A DNA stretch of 64,000 bases from an uncultured Gemmatimonadales bacterium (GTDB taxonomy: Bacteria > Gemmatimonadota > Gemmatimonadetes > Gemmatimonadales > GWC2-71-9): assembly GCA_963842945.1 (NCBI GenBank), contig CAWJIM010000020.1, forward strand, positions 1 to 64,000. Direction: 5' to 3'. Shown here piece after piece: positions 43,412-54,844 of the stretch (position 1 is its first letter; every line of letters starts with the position of its first letter). Below the pieces are notes generated by a model, which saw only the letters and a list, made by a program, of their open reading frames with translations, did not search any database and was not told where the DNA came from. A program made the position numbers and the translations under genes.

Positions 43412-43443
43412 TCAGCCAGGCCTAGTCCTCGCCCGATCCGTCA

Positions 43444-44270
43444 TCAGCCTCGATCTCGACCGGACTCCGCGAGGATCCGCGCCGCGATCTCCTTCACGAT
43501 CTTGGCAGCCACGACGGCGGTCATCCCGCCAAGGTCCTGACGTGGGTTGAATTCGACCACGTCGGCGCCAACCAGGGTTCCGCCCAACCGTTGGACTAAC
43601 GAGAGCACCTCCCTGACCGAGAGCCCGCCAGGCTCACGGTGGGAGACACCAGGCGCAAAGGCCGGATCGAGGACGTCGAGGTCCACAGAGAGATAGACCG
43701 GACCATCCACCCTCGGCCGGGCCGCATTTTCCCAGGATCGCATCTCGATCAGCTCAACGGCATAACGCTGGGCTTGTCGTCGCTGCTGCGGGTTGATGGT
43801 GCGAATGCCAACCTGTACCAGACGCTGAGGCCAGGCCTTCCTCCATGATCCGGGCGAAGGGACAGGCATGGGAGAAACGATCTCCCTCGAACTCCTCGTA
43901 CAGGTCGGGATGGGCATCCAGATGCAGGATAGTGAGCGCGGGATGGCTTTGGCTCATGGCTCGGAGCACCGGATACGTAACCGAATGGTCCCCGCCCAGT
44001 GCCAGAGGCCGCCACCCGCCCGCGACCACCTCCGCAATCGCACTCTCGATCTCGGCTCGGGCCCGAGGGCCGGCCGACAAGAGCACATCTCCGGCGTCGC
44101 TCATGAGTCCCAGCGGACAGGTCCTGTCCCAGCTCAGTCCAGCTGTTCCAGTGAGATGACTCGAGCGCGGCACGGATGGCGGCCGGCGCTTCGGCCGCGC
44201 CGCGAAGAAATGAAGAGCTGCCGTCGTAAGGCAGCCCGATCAGCCGGACACGCGCTGGCCCCGGAGTCAC
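43444..44270 (-). CDS. Agmatinase/arginase family ureohydrolase (frameshifted)
   Basis: GLPYDGSSSFLRGA, LGGDHSVT, HLDAHPD, SHACPF, SVDLDVLDPAFAPG, DVVEFNP. Confidence 0.9.
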
Positions 44271-44761
44271 AGCAGGGAGGCGGTCTCCCCGCCAAGTGCG
44301 TGGAAGGCGGCGGCAAGGGCCGGCTGGTCGGCGGCAAGAGCAAAGTCCTGGAAATCGAAGCCGGGTCCGACGGTGCACCCGGTGAGGGTGTAGGCGCCCG
44401 ACGATCGAGCCGCCTGCCACCAGCCCGCAGGAACCACGAGAACCGGCTGCTGGGCCGCTTCGGCGGGCCCGAGCCGATGGTGTTCCACCCGGTCGATCTG
44501 GGGCGACGTGAGCCACAGATCCAGCGTGGCGCCCTCGTAGAAGTGCCAGACTTCGTCCGACTGCACCCGGTGCCATCGGCTGAACTGGCCGTGGATGAGC
44601 AGGAAGTAGATCGTCGTCAGGGCGGGCCGCGGCTGCCGCCCGTCCGACGGCTTGACGGAAGCCGGCGAACGGTACACTTCCCTGTAGTAGCCTCCCTCGG
44701 GGTGGGCCCTGAGGCCGAGGCTCGTGATCAGGGCCCGGTAGCGGTCGGGCGAGGTGGTCAC
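44267..44761 (-). CDS. Cupin DUF985 family protein
   Basis: LRAHPEGGYYRE, TTIYFLL, WHRV.SDEVWHFY, VPAGWWQAA, CTVGPGFDF. Confidence 0.92.
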   Translation of the reverse strand: MTTSPDRYRALITSLGLRAHPEGGYYREVYRSPASVKPSDGRQPRPALTTIYFLLIHGQFSRWHRVQSDEVWHFYEGATLDLWLTSPQIDRVEHHRLGPAEAAQQPVLVVPAGWWQAARSSGAYTLTGCTVGPGFDFQDFALAADQPALAAAFHALGGETASLL

Positions 44762-44850
44762 CTTCCAACCGGTCCCGTCATGCCGCTATCTATCTCGTTC
44801 TGTCTGGCGCAACCGCCAGCGTTGTTAGAGGCATCCAAAGCAGGAGACCC

Positions 44851-45535
44851 ATGAGAGTCCTACGCTCGCGTTTCGTCCCAGCCGCTTTCCTGCTGTACGC
44901 CGCGGCCGCGTGCAGCAAGGCCACCAGCGAGGGGAGCGGAGCTGCGGCCTCGCCCGCCCCCGCTTCGGAAAACCAGGCCGCCGCCGCCAAGACCAAAGGG
45001 TTATCCGTACACCCCGGCCGACGTCCAGTTCATGTCCCACATGATTGCCCACCACGCCCAGGCCCTGGTCATGGCCGGATGGGCCCAGAGCCATGGTGCG
45101 AGCCCTTCGGTTCAGACACTGGCCGGCCGGATCATCAATGGCCAGCAGGACGAGATCGCCACCATGCAGCGATGGTTGAAGGACCGGGGGCAGCCGGTGC
45201 CGGACCCGAACAAGCCCATGCAAATGCCGATGCATGATACCGGTGACCACAGCCAGGACCAGGGTATGCTGATGCCTGGCATGCTGACTGAGGCCCAGAT
45301 GAAGGAGCTGGACCAGGCTCGGGGTGCCGACTTCGACCGGCTATTTCTGACCTACATGATTCAGCACCACAAGGGCGCCGTTACCATGGTCAACCAGCTG
45401 TTCGGGACGGAGGGCGCGGCTCGGGAAGAGACCACCTTCAAGCTGGCCAATGACGTGAGCGTGGACCAGACTACGGAAATCGCCCGAATGCAGCGCATGC
45501 TCGAGGGGCTCCAGTCCAGTCACGGTTCCCCTTGA
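44851..45535 (+). CDS. DUF305 lipoprotein (ferritin-like, His/Met-rich); frameshift ~45000
   Basis: AAAC lipobox; DVQFMSHMIAHHAQA..M; MPGM; FLTYMIQHHKGA..M. Confidence 0.9.
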
Positions 45536-45592
45536 AACTGTCCAGCCCTTGATCGCGTAAGCGGCCCAGGACCCTTCTCCCAAGGAATATCC

Positions 45593-47599
45593 ATGTCTTC
45601 CAGCACCTTCGCCTCCCTGACTCTGGCCCTCGGCGTGGCCGCCATGGTCGCGTGCTCTCAGTCCACTTCCAATGCCGGCACCGGCAATCCCTCGCCGGCC
45701 ACCAGCAAATCCACCACGCCGCCCAATCCCGATCCCCGGGTTGGGCTCAAGGCCGGGAAGATGGACGCCGGGGAGGCAGTGTGGAATCTGCGCGTTGTCT
45801 CGAAGACCCCGCCCTCGGAACAGTTCGTGGACGTGACCAACTCCGACCTGGCCTTCAACGGGCACTACGCGATACAGGGCAACTATAACGGATGGCAGAT
45901 CTGGGATATCAGCAACCCGAGCAAGCCCAGTCTTGCCGACGCCTACGTCTGTCCCGCCTCCCAGAGTGACGTCTCCACCTACAAGAATCTGCTCTTCGTC
46001 TCCGGCGAGAACCTCTCGGCCCGGCTGGACTGCGGGACTGAGGGGGTGGAGGACAGTGTGAGCACGGACCGGCTTCGGGGCATTCGCATCTTCGACATCA
46101 GCGACATCGCCCATCCGCGGAACGTGGGTAACGTGCAGACCTGCCGGGGCTCGCATACCCATTCGCTGCTGGTCGATCCCAAGGACCCGGCCAACGTCTA
46201 CGTCTACATCTCCGGCTCCTCGCCGGTTCGGTCCTCCAAGGAGCTGTCCGGCTGCGTCGCGGCCATGCCGACCAAGGATCCCAATTCGGCCTGGTTCCGG
46301 ATCGAGGTGATCAAGATTCCGCTGGCCCATCCGGAAAAGGCCGCCATCGTGAGCTCGCCGCGGATCTTCGACAACCTGGTGGCGCCGCCCAAGCACGGCG
46401 AAACCCCGGAGGACAGCATCGAGAACGCCAAGAAGGTTGCCGAGGCCAAGGCGAACGGCGGGTTCGTGATCTCCTTCCATGGGCACGAGCAGGTGCTGAA
46501 TCCGCACTGGGCCGAGGTACCTGCTTGACAGCACGGTCAAGGCTCGCGGCGGAAGTGGAGCACCGACGGCCGCCGACAGCGCGGCGTTGCGCCAGGCGCT
46601 GCCCGCCCTCGTCGCCTCGTTCGTCGGGCACCCAGCCGGACAGCGGCAGCGGACCGACCCAGTGCCACGATATCACGCTCTATCCCGGCATCGGTCTCGG
46701 CGGAGGTGCCTGCGAGGGTTACGGACTGCTGCTGGATATCAGCGACCCGGCGCACCCCAAGCGGCTTGCCGCCGCCTCCGACTCGAACTTCTCCTACTGG
46801 CATTCGGCCACCTTCAACAACTCAGGCAGCAAGCTCCTCTTCTCCGACGAGTGGGGCGGAGGGGGCCAGCCCAAGTGCCGGGCTACCGACAAGCGGGAGT
46901 GGGGCGCCGACGCGATCTTCACCATCGCGAACCGGCAGCAGCTGCAGTTCCAGAGCTATTACAAGCTGCCCGCTCCGCAAACAGCCCAGGAGAACTGCGT
47001 GGCCCACAACGGCTCGCTGATTCCGATCCCGGGACGGGACATGATGGTGCAGGCCTGGTACCAGGGCGGGCTCTCGGTATTCGACTGGACCGACGCCAAG
47101 CACCCGAAGGAGATCGCCTTCTTCGACCGCGGGCCGGTGGATGCGACCGAGATGGGAAACGGCGGGTACTGGAGCACCTACTGGTACAACGGCCGCATCT
47201 ACGGCTCGGAGATCTCCCGCGGGCTCGACGTCTTCGAGCTGCAGCCCAGCGGCTTCCTGACCCAGAACGAGATCGAGGCAGCCAAGTCGGTCAAGCTGGA
47301 CTACTTCAACACTCAGGGACAGGTCAAGTTCACCTGGCCGGCCTCGTATTCGCTGGCCCGGGCCTATCTGGATCAGCTCGAGCGGTCCCAGGGTATGGAT
47401 GCCGGTCAGATCGCTGATGCGCGGGCGCAGCTGGCCAAGGCCGAGAAGGCCGGCGGAGCCGGAGCAGCAGCAGACGCTGGCCCAGCTGGTTTCCCGGCTG
47501 GAGTCCGAGGCGCATGGAGCCGGCGACGCGAGCAAGGTGCGGCTCCTGGCCGGAGCGGTGAAGCAGCTGGCCACGTCGCCGAGTCTGGCGACGAAGTAG
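45593..47599 (+). CDS. LVIVD-repeat beta-propeller lipoprotein, copy 1 (frameshifted)
   Basis: MVAC lipobox; NSDLAF, WDISNP, IFDISD, QTCRGSHTH, QCHDIT, WHSATF, ENCVAHNGS. Confidence 0.85.
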
Positions 47600-47668
47600 A
47601 GAAGCGGGGAAGCGGGGCAGCAGAACGGGGTGGGAAGGGGAGGAATCGTCCTTATTCAAGGGGTTCGC

Positions 47669-49675
47669 ATGGCATCAGCCAAGCTCATCGCGTTGTCGGT
47701 CGCCGTCGGTGTTGGAGCCCTCGCCGGGTGTTCGCACTCGGGCTCGAATCAGGCCGGCGCTCCGACGCCGGCTCAGAGCAAATCCACCCAACCACCGACA
47801 CCGGACCCACGGGTTGGGCTGAAGTCGGGGAAGACCGACGCCGGCCAAGCGATCTGGAATCTCCGGTTGGCCTCGTCCACTCCGCCCTCGAAGCAGTTCG
47901 TCGATGGGATCAACTCCGATCTGGCCTTCACCGGGCATTACGCGGTGCAGGGGAGCTTCAATGGGTATCAGGTCTGGGACATCACCGATCCCCGGAAGCC
48001 GAAGCTGGAGACCGCGTATGTCTGCCCCGGCTCTCAGAGTGATGTGTCGGTGTATCGCAACCTGCTCTTTGTCTCGGGAGAAAATCTGACCGCCCGGCTC
48101 GACTGCGGCACTCAGGGGATCGAGGATACCGTCAGTCAGGACCGGCTCAGGGGACTTCGGATTTTCGACATCAGCGATATCGCTCATCCGCGGAACGTGG
48201 GCAACGTGCAGACCTGCCGTGGGTCCCACACCCACTCGCTGCTGGTGGATCCCAAGGACAAGGACAACGTTTACGTCTACATCTCCGGTCAGGCGCCGGT
48301 GCGGTCGTCCGCCGAGCTGCCGGGCTGCGTCATAGCGCCGAAGGACCCCAACACGGCGCTGTTCCGCATCGAGGTCATCAAGGTTCCCCTGGCTCACCCG
48401 GATCAGGCGCGCATCGTGAGCTCGCCCCGGATTTTCCAGGACCTGGTGGCGCCACCCACCCACGGTGAAACCCGGGAGGACAGCCTCGCCGAGGCCAAGG
48501 CCGTGGCGGAGGCCAAGGCCAATGGCGGATTCATCGCCGTGATCCACGGAAAGGAGGAGGTGCTTCAGCCCGACGACGTGGCGGCGCTGCTGGATCGGGC
48601 GGTCAAGGCGCGGGGGGGCACCGGTGCTCCCACCGCCGCGGACAGCGCGGCGCTCAGGCAAGCACTCCCCGCCATCGTCGATTCAGCAATGAAAGCCCAG
48701 ATGGCACAGGAGCCGGACTCCACCGCCGGCCCCACCCAGTGCCACGATATCACGCTCTACCCCGGCATCGGGCGGGCCGGCGGGGCCTGCGCGGGCTACG
48801 GTCTGTTGCTCGATATCACCGATCCAGCGCAGCCGAAGCGGATCGCGGCAGCTTCCGATTCCAATTTCTCCTACTGGCACTCCGCGACCTTCAACAACAG
48901 TGGCAGCAAGATGCTGTTTTCCGACGAGTGGGGCGGCGGCGTTCAGCCCAAGTGCCGGAAGACCGACCCGAAGGAGTGGGGCGCCGACGCCATCTTCACC
49001 CTGAGCGGACAATCGTCGATGCAGTTCCAGAGCTACTACAAGATGTCCGCACCGCAGCTGCCTTCAGAGAACTGCGTGGCGCACAACGGATCACTCATTC
49101 CGATTCCCGGGCGCGACGTGATGGCGCAGGCCTGGTACCAGGGCGGGCTCTCGGTATTCGACTGGACCGACCCCAAGCACCCGAAGGAGATCGCCTACTT
49201 CGACCGGGGCCCGCTCGACCCCGAGAAGCTGGAGCTGGGTGGCTACTGGAGCACCTACTGGTACAACGGTTACATCTACGGCTCGGAGATCACTCGCGGG
49301 CTCGACGTCTTCGAGCTGCAGCCCAGCGGCTTCCTGACCCAGAACGAGATCGACGCGGCCAAGTCGGTCAAGCTGGACTACTTCAACACTCAGGGACAGG
49401 TCAAGTTCACCTGGCCGGCCTCGTATTCACTGGCCCGGGCCTACCTGGATCAGCTGGAGCGGTCGAATGGGCTGGACCAGTCGAAGATCGCCTCTGCCCG
49501 GGCCGAGCTGGCATCGGCGGAGAAGTCATCCGGCGCCATCCAGAACGCGGCCCTGGCAAGGTTGGTGTCGCAGCTGGAATCCGAGGTCAGCGGTGCGGCG
49601 GACGCCGCAAAGGTTCAGCTGCTGGCGGGAACCTTGAAGCAGCTGAAATATCAGCCGGATTTGGCGGGGCGATAA
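47669..49675 (+). CDS. LVIVD-repeat beta-propeller lipoprotein, copy 2
   Basis: LAGC lipobox; same motifs as copy 1; intact ORF. Confidence 0.88.
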   Translation: MASAKLIALSVAVGVGALAGCSHSGSNQAGAPTPAQSKSTQPPTPDPRVGLKSGKTDAGQAIWNLRLASSTPPSKQFVDGINSDLAFTGHYAVQGSFNGYQVWDITDPRKPKLETAYVCPGSQSDVSVYRNLLFVSGENLTARLDCGTQGIEDTVSQDRLRGLRIFDISDIAHPRNVGNVQTCRGSHTHSLLVDPKDKDNVYVYISGQAPVRSSAELPGCVIAPKDPNTALFRIEVIKVPLAHPDQARIVSSPRIFQDLVAPPTHGETREDSLAEAKAVAEAKANGGFIAVIHGKEEVLQPDDVAALLDRAVKARGGTGAPTAADSAALRQALPAIVDSAMKAQMAQEPDSTAGPTQCHDITLYPGIGRAGGACAGYGLLLDITDPAQPKRIAAASDSNFSYWHSATFNNSGSKMLFSDEWGGGVQPKCRKTDPKEWGADAIFTLSGQSSMQFQSYYKMSAPQLPSENCVAHNGSLIPIPGRDVMAQAWYQGGLSVFDWTDPKHPKEIAYFDRGPLDPEKLELGGYWSTYWYNGYIYGSEITRGLDVFELQPSGFLTQNEIDAAKSVKLDYFNTQGQVKFTWPASYSLARAYLDQLERSNGLDQSKIASARAELASAEKSSGAIQNAALARLVSQLESEVSGAADAAKVQLLAGTLKQLKYQPDLAGR

Positions 49676-49701
49676 GAACGCGGTAGCATCACCCGCCCGA
49701 T

Positions 49702-49896
49702 TCAGTGTTCGCGCTCACCGGTGCCGTCTAGGCGCTGGTGGGCGCGAGGCGTTTCCGGCGTCGCCTCCTCGGTCTCCCCATTCTCCTCGGATGGAGACTC
49801 GGATCGCTCCCGGCGACGCTGGCGCTTTTCCTCCTGCTTCTGCTGCCGGTTCAATTCCTTCTGCCGCTTCTCGAAACCGTAATTCCGTTTGGGCAC
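49702..49896 (-). CDS. Small charged hypothetical protein
   Basis: MPKRNYGFEKRQKEL..KQEEKRQRR; GGAG SD upstream of the GTG. Confidence 0.7.
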   Translation of the reverse strand: MPKRNYGFEKRQKELNRQQKQEEKRQRRRERSESPSEENGETEEATPETPRAHQRLDGTGEREH

Positions 49897-49926
49897 AGTG
49901 ACTCCAGTGGCGTACCGCCGCTCGCC

Positions 49927-50203
49927 TCAGGCGAAGGGGCTGGTGCTGGTGATGAGGATCCGAGTGGCGTCGGGAGCTCGGCTGTCGAAGTAGGTCTCGC
50001 TCACCCGCGCCGTTCCCCTCGAGGCCGTTGTCCAGCGTGAGCGCGAGCCGCTCGTCGGGCATGAAGCCGTCGGTGCTGCGCGACATGAAGATGGCGGTCC
50101 AGGACTCCTGCTGGCGGTTGGTTTCCCGGGGTGTCACCTGGAGCTCGACCTGGTGGAGGTCCTTGTGATTGGAGCGCTCGATGGACGCGGTATAGGAGGT
50201 CAT
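49927..50203 (-). CDS. Hypothetical protein, ~92 aa (frameshift ~50010)
   Basis: MTSYTASIERSNHKD...LTLDNGLEG, continuing VSETYFDSRAPDATRILITSTSPFA; coding-like GC3. Confidence 0.6.
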
Positions 50204-50363
50204 GACGAGCCTTCTTTCGCCGGCGAGGTAAGTGGCGCGGGAGTTCAGCTGCCCTAATGGTACATCAGAGTTCCGGTCTGCGTTGGCTTGCGGCACCCGA
50301 TGCTCGGTCAGGACGGAACGACATACCTCCGATTCGACCTTCGGCAGTGCCTCTCTCGAGGGG

Positions 50364-51293
50364 TTACTTCGGTCGGGCGACCAGTCCCAGCGGCACGCTT
50401 CGGATTCCCGGCCAGACCCGCGCCGTTCCATCGGCCTTCCGGAGCAGCAGCTGACCTGAGATCCCCCCATCCAGTAAGAGTGCGTCGTCGCAACCCAGCG
50501 CGCCCATCACGGCCGCCATCTCGGGCGTAGTGAGCCCGAACGGGACCCGGCCAAAGGTGTCGCCCAGGACATCGAATCGGGTAAGGGCGATAACTACCCG
50601 CCCATCTCTCAGCGTACCGATTGCCAGCCGGGCGTCGCGGTGGTCGAGGTTCACCCCCTGGGATGCCTGGCGGAGGGGTGTGGGGACGACGCCATCCTCC
50701 AGCAGCATGGGATAGCTCTGGAATGCCTCGAGCGCAGCCCTCTCGGCTGCGCTCGAGGGCTATGTGTTGGGCGCCACGAGTCGCACGGCGCCGTCGGGGG
50801 TGACCACGACGGCGCCGGCGAGCGGGGCGTACTCGGGTGAGAGCAGCTCCCGGCCGCCGCTCACTACCCAGCCAAAGGGTAGTGAGCGGCGGTAGGGGCC
50901 GGTGTCGAGGGCGACGGCGACGTCGCCCTCGACCTGTGCCACTGTCCAGCGCTCGTCCCGGATGAAAGCCGGGACGAGTGAGAGATGTACTTGCTGGGGT
51001 TTGAGCCGGATCACCACCACCCGGGTGCGCCAGGCTTCGCTGCTTCCCCGAAGCCGGAGCTCGCCCCACTCAACTCCCGGAGCTCCGGGTCTCCAGCTTA
51101 TCTGGTGGGCGAGCGACGCCGAGCCGTCCCAGCGGGACGGCGAGGCGTCGCGTCGCCACCAGGTTTTCCAACCGCTCGCGGTTTCAACCGCGAGCGTATC
51201 CGCCGAGCGCCCGGTTTCCGGGCGCGAGGCGGTCGCGCCGCCGGCTGCGGTGGCCAAAAGGCTCAGGAGGAAGATGCGGAGTCGCGAGTTCAT
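50364..51293 (-). CDS. Phosphodiester glycosidase (NAGPA/DUF2233) family protein (frameshift ~50760)
   Basis: Signal peptide; HRDARLAIG, GLTTPEMA..MGALGC.DALLLDGGIS. Confidence 0.82.
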
Positions 51294-51294
51294 C

Positions 51295-53644
51295 CTAGTG
51301 AACGTACCAGTTCTCGGGGACCAGGCCTTTGGTCGAGGGTGGGGTGGATACCTCGAGCTTCAGCTCGGCACCCCCGCTGGCCTGAAAATAGACCACTTCC
51401 ATGGAATGGCAGCCCGCCCGCAGTGCGATCTGGCCCGGTTGTTCATTGTTGCGTTGCGGCCCGTCGCGGTCGAACACGAGCTCGCCGGCAATGCGGAGCC
51501 TGGCGCCATCGTCAGAGCCCAGATAAAAGGAGTACAGAGCATCTTCGGGCACGCACATCATTCCCGACAAGTGAAGGCCGTAGTCCTCCGGGCGTTCGTC
51601 GCCCCGAAGTCCTACCCCCGGTACTGAACCTATCCGCAAGGGCTCCACCGCTCTGACGTCTTCGGCCGATCGGAAGCTTCCCTCGACGTACTCGTACTGA
51701 AGACCCGGATGCAGCGTGTCTTCCCGGACGGCGAGGCTGTTATGCCAGATGGCACGGGTGATCCGCGCCCGGGCGACCGGACTTGCCCGGCCGCTCGGTA
51801 GAAAGAGTTTTGCACTCACAACTCGAGGGACGAACGAAACGGGCAAGTCTAAGGGACCCGTGTACTGGGAGGAGCTTGCCGTGGGTACAGAGCCATCGGT
51901 TGTGTAACGCACCACCCCGCCAGGAATGGGCGGGCTCATCGTGACCCGGGCTCGGTCCTCCAGCACCAGACGGTTCCATCCGAGTCCGAGCGGCTCCGGC
52001 ACCCGGTATTCGAAGCCCAGGGCATCGAGCCGGGCGAACTGACGCTGGGAGCCGGGCCGCGAAGCTTCCCCAGCTTCGCGCCTCGTTCGGTGACCAGAGA
52101 GCCTCGGACAGAGCGAGCATCCGAGGCAGGAGCATGTATTCCGCCAGCGAGGAGTTGGGGATGTACTCCGTCCAAAGGCAGCCCTCAGCGCCGATGACGT
52201 GAGCGGCCTCCGCTGTGGTCAGTTCGTCGGGCACTACCTGGAACGCGTATACGCTGTCCAGCGGGACGAAGCCCCCGATCGCCAACGGTTCCGCGGCCGG
52301 ATCGCCCTGATAGTAGTCGAAGTAGGTACGGTTGTTCGGGGCCATGATCACGTCGTGTCCCTGCCGGGCAGCGGCGATCCCACCGGCGTCGCCGCGCCAG
52401 GACATCACCGTAGCCTCCGGCGGGATGCCGCCCTCGAGAATCTCGTCCCAGCCGATGATACGGCGGCCGTGCTGGCTCAAGAACTTCTCAATGCGCCCGA
52501 TGAAGTAACTCTGCAGCTCCTCCTCGCCGGCGAGACCTTCCCGCCGGATCACCTCCTGAGCAACCGGGCTTTCCTTCCATTGATCTTTGGGCACCTCATC
52601 TCCCCCGATATGGATATAGGCGCTGGGGAAGAGCTCCATCACCTCCAGGAGCACGTGCTCCAGGAATCGAAAGGTCTGCTCACTGGGACAGAAGATGTCC
52701 TGGTGGACGCCCCAGACGGGGGACACTTCGAAGGGCCCTCCGGTACAGGATAGCTCCGGGTAGGCCGCGAGGGCCGCTCCGGCATGTCCCGGCATCTCGA
52801 TCTCCGGAATGATCGTGACATGGCGGGCCGAGGCGTAGGCGACCAGGTCACGAATCTGCTCCTGGGTGTAGAAACCACCGTGCGGCCTGCCATCTCCGAT
52901 GTAGGGCTCGAAATTGTTCGCTACCATGGTCTCCTTGCGCCAGGCGCCAACCTGGGTGAGCCGGGGATACTGCTTGATCTCCAGACGCCATCCCTGGTCA
53001 TCGGTCAAGTGCAGTTGCAGCGTATTCAGTTTGTAGAGCGCCTGAAGATCGATGAGCTTCTTGATGAACTCGGGTGGGTAAAACCAACGAGCCACATCGA
53101 GCAGAATCCCCCGATAGGGAAACCGCGGCTCATCCTCGATCTCCAGTGCCGGGATGGTCCATCCTGCTGAACTCCTGGGCGCCCCCGCTTCCAGCTCCGG
53201 CGGGAGAAGCTGCCGGAGAGTCTGAAGACCCCATAACAGGCCTGCAGCAGTCCCTGCGGAGAGCGACGCTGACTCCGGGGTGACCACCAACCGGTAGCTC
53301 TCTGGATGGCCCGAGCCCGAGCCAGTGGTAAGGCGGAGGAAAATGGCGTCGGTCGCGCGATCATCTCCCGGCCGGGAAGAAACCGGAAGGGGTAGCCCCG
53401 AGGCCGTCCGCAGTGGAACCAGGAGCAGGTCCGCCAAGGCGCGCAGCTCGGCATCGGCCGGATCGGAGAGCATGATCCGGGTCGCCGGGCTCAGGCGGAA
53501 CTCGCCCGCTCCGGCCTGGATCCGCTGGGGCGCTGGGACGATGGAATAGCTTCGGGGTGCCGGACTTACCGGCGGGGTCGTCTTTCCACCGGCACACCCG
53601 GCTGCTGCAAGGCTCAGCAGGACGTTCCGAAACGTCGTCTTCAA
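51295..53644 (-). CDS. Beta-N-acetylhexosaminidase (GH20) with FN3-associated and PA14 domains (frameshift ~52040)
   Basis: PRFPYRG.LLDVAR, HLTDDQGWR, EIEMPGH, HIGGDE, RYTTDGSVP, SDDGARL. Confidence 0.93.
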
Positions 53645-53645
53645 C

Positions 53646-54635
53646 CTAGTGCTGCATGCAGCCGGCCATCTGGATCTTCTGCATCGTATCCGCGATGGCC
53701 ATCAGGGCCTTCTGGTTGCCGGCCTTCTGCGCCGCCTGGGCCCGCTTTCCCAGCTCCTCCACCTCTGCCTGATGGGTCTGAATATTCTTGGACATGCAAG
53801 CGCCCATGTCGGATGCCGCGGCCGACATCTGGGGACTCGGCTGAGGCGCAGCCGTTGGGGCGGCAGTCGGCTGGGGCGCCGGCTTGGCGGCAACCTTCGG
53901 CTTCTCCTCCGGCCAAAGCAGCGGCCGGAGTTCCGCTTCCTTGACCATCACCGCCGCCTTCTCCGATTCCGATACGTCGCTGGGCGCCCCGGAACGCAGA
54001 ATGGCCATGGTTCGCTCCTGGGCCATGGCGAACTCCCCCGCAGCAAGTCCGGACCGTTTGACCGCCGCGGCGTTGGCCCGAACGTCAATTTCCCGCTGCA
54101 TGTCGTAGTAGTTCTCCGGCTGACTGGGATCCTTGACCAGGCAGCTCGGGCCGCCCTGCAGCAGGTTCACCGAGTCCTGGTACATCTGCATGGTCTTGTT
54201 GTCACCCTTCTGCCCGGCCGCCAGAGACTTCTCGATCAGGGTGTTCGCCTTTTCGATCTGCTTCTCGTCACCCTTCTGAACCCAGGCCTGCCGCCCCGCC
54301 TCGCATTTGGACACCGATTCGGTGTAGGCCTGCTTGGCCCGGTGATAGCGACCGTACGGAGTGTCTTCCTTGGCCGCCGTCACCCGCTCGGCCTCGCCCG
54401 CCTTGAGGCCGGCGATGAGCTTGTTGAGTACATCAGGTGTAAGCACCACGCTGCCGCCCGCGGCCGGGGTCGGATCAGCCGCGGGGGCAGAGGTCTCGTC
54501 GCCGGTGGCCTTTTTGACCTTCTTCTTGAGTCCACCGAACTGGGCCGAGGCAGGCGTGGCGAACGCCAGTGCTGTGACTGCCACGATGGCGACCCAGGCA
54601 AGGCCAGTGAACCGAGACCGCAAACTGCTCCGCAT
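53646..54635 (-). CDS. Hypothetical secreted helical protein
   Basis: Signal peptide ending ASA|QFGGLKKKVKK; Ala/Lys/Gln-rich; four Cys; AAGGAG SD. Confidence 0.75.
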   Translation of the reverse strand: MRSSLRSRFTGLAWVAIVAVTALAFATPASAQFGGLKKKVKKATGDETSAPAADPTPAAGGSVVLTPDVLNKLIAGLKAGEAERVTAAKEDTPYGRYHRAKQAYTESVSKCEAGRQAWVQKGDEKQIEKANTLIEKSLAAGQKGDNKTMQMYQDSVNLLQGGPSCLVKDPSQPENYYDMQREIDVRANAAAVKRSGLAAGEFAMAQERTMAILRSGAPSDVSESEKAAVMVKEAELRPLLWPEEKPKVAAKPAPQPTAAPTAAPQPSPQMSAAASDMGACMSKNIQTHQAEVEELGKRAQAAQKAGNQKALMAIADTMQKIQMAGCMQH

Positions 54636-54844
54636 GATGGCTCCTTAGCTGATGACCAGGACTGTCGTTCGGGAGGACCCTCTCTCGAATGACGCAGACC
54701 TGGGTCGTTGGTTCTCACCGGTGATGGATGTGGGCGAATCGGGAGCACAAATGTGGCGGCGGGACCGCCTCGGCGCCAGCGCTCGGTTGATCGGTATCCC
54801 TGGACCGGTCACATTGTTCTGGGCCACTTCACTCCGGGATACCC

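Noticed and set aside
50290..50362. Glycine-riboswitch-like GAGAGA..GCCGAAGG on the minus strand
   Set aside because: The downstream GCAA and CTCTCAGG elements are missing and there is no glycine-related gene.
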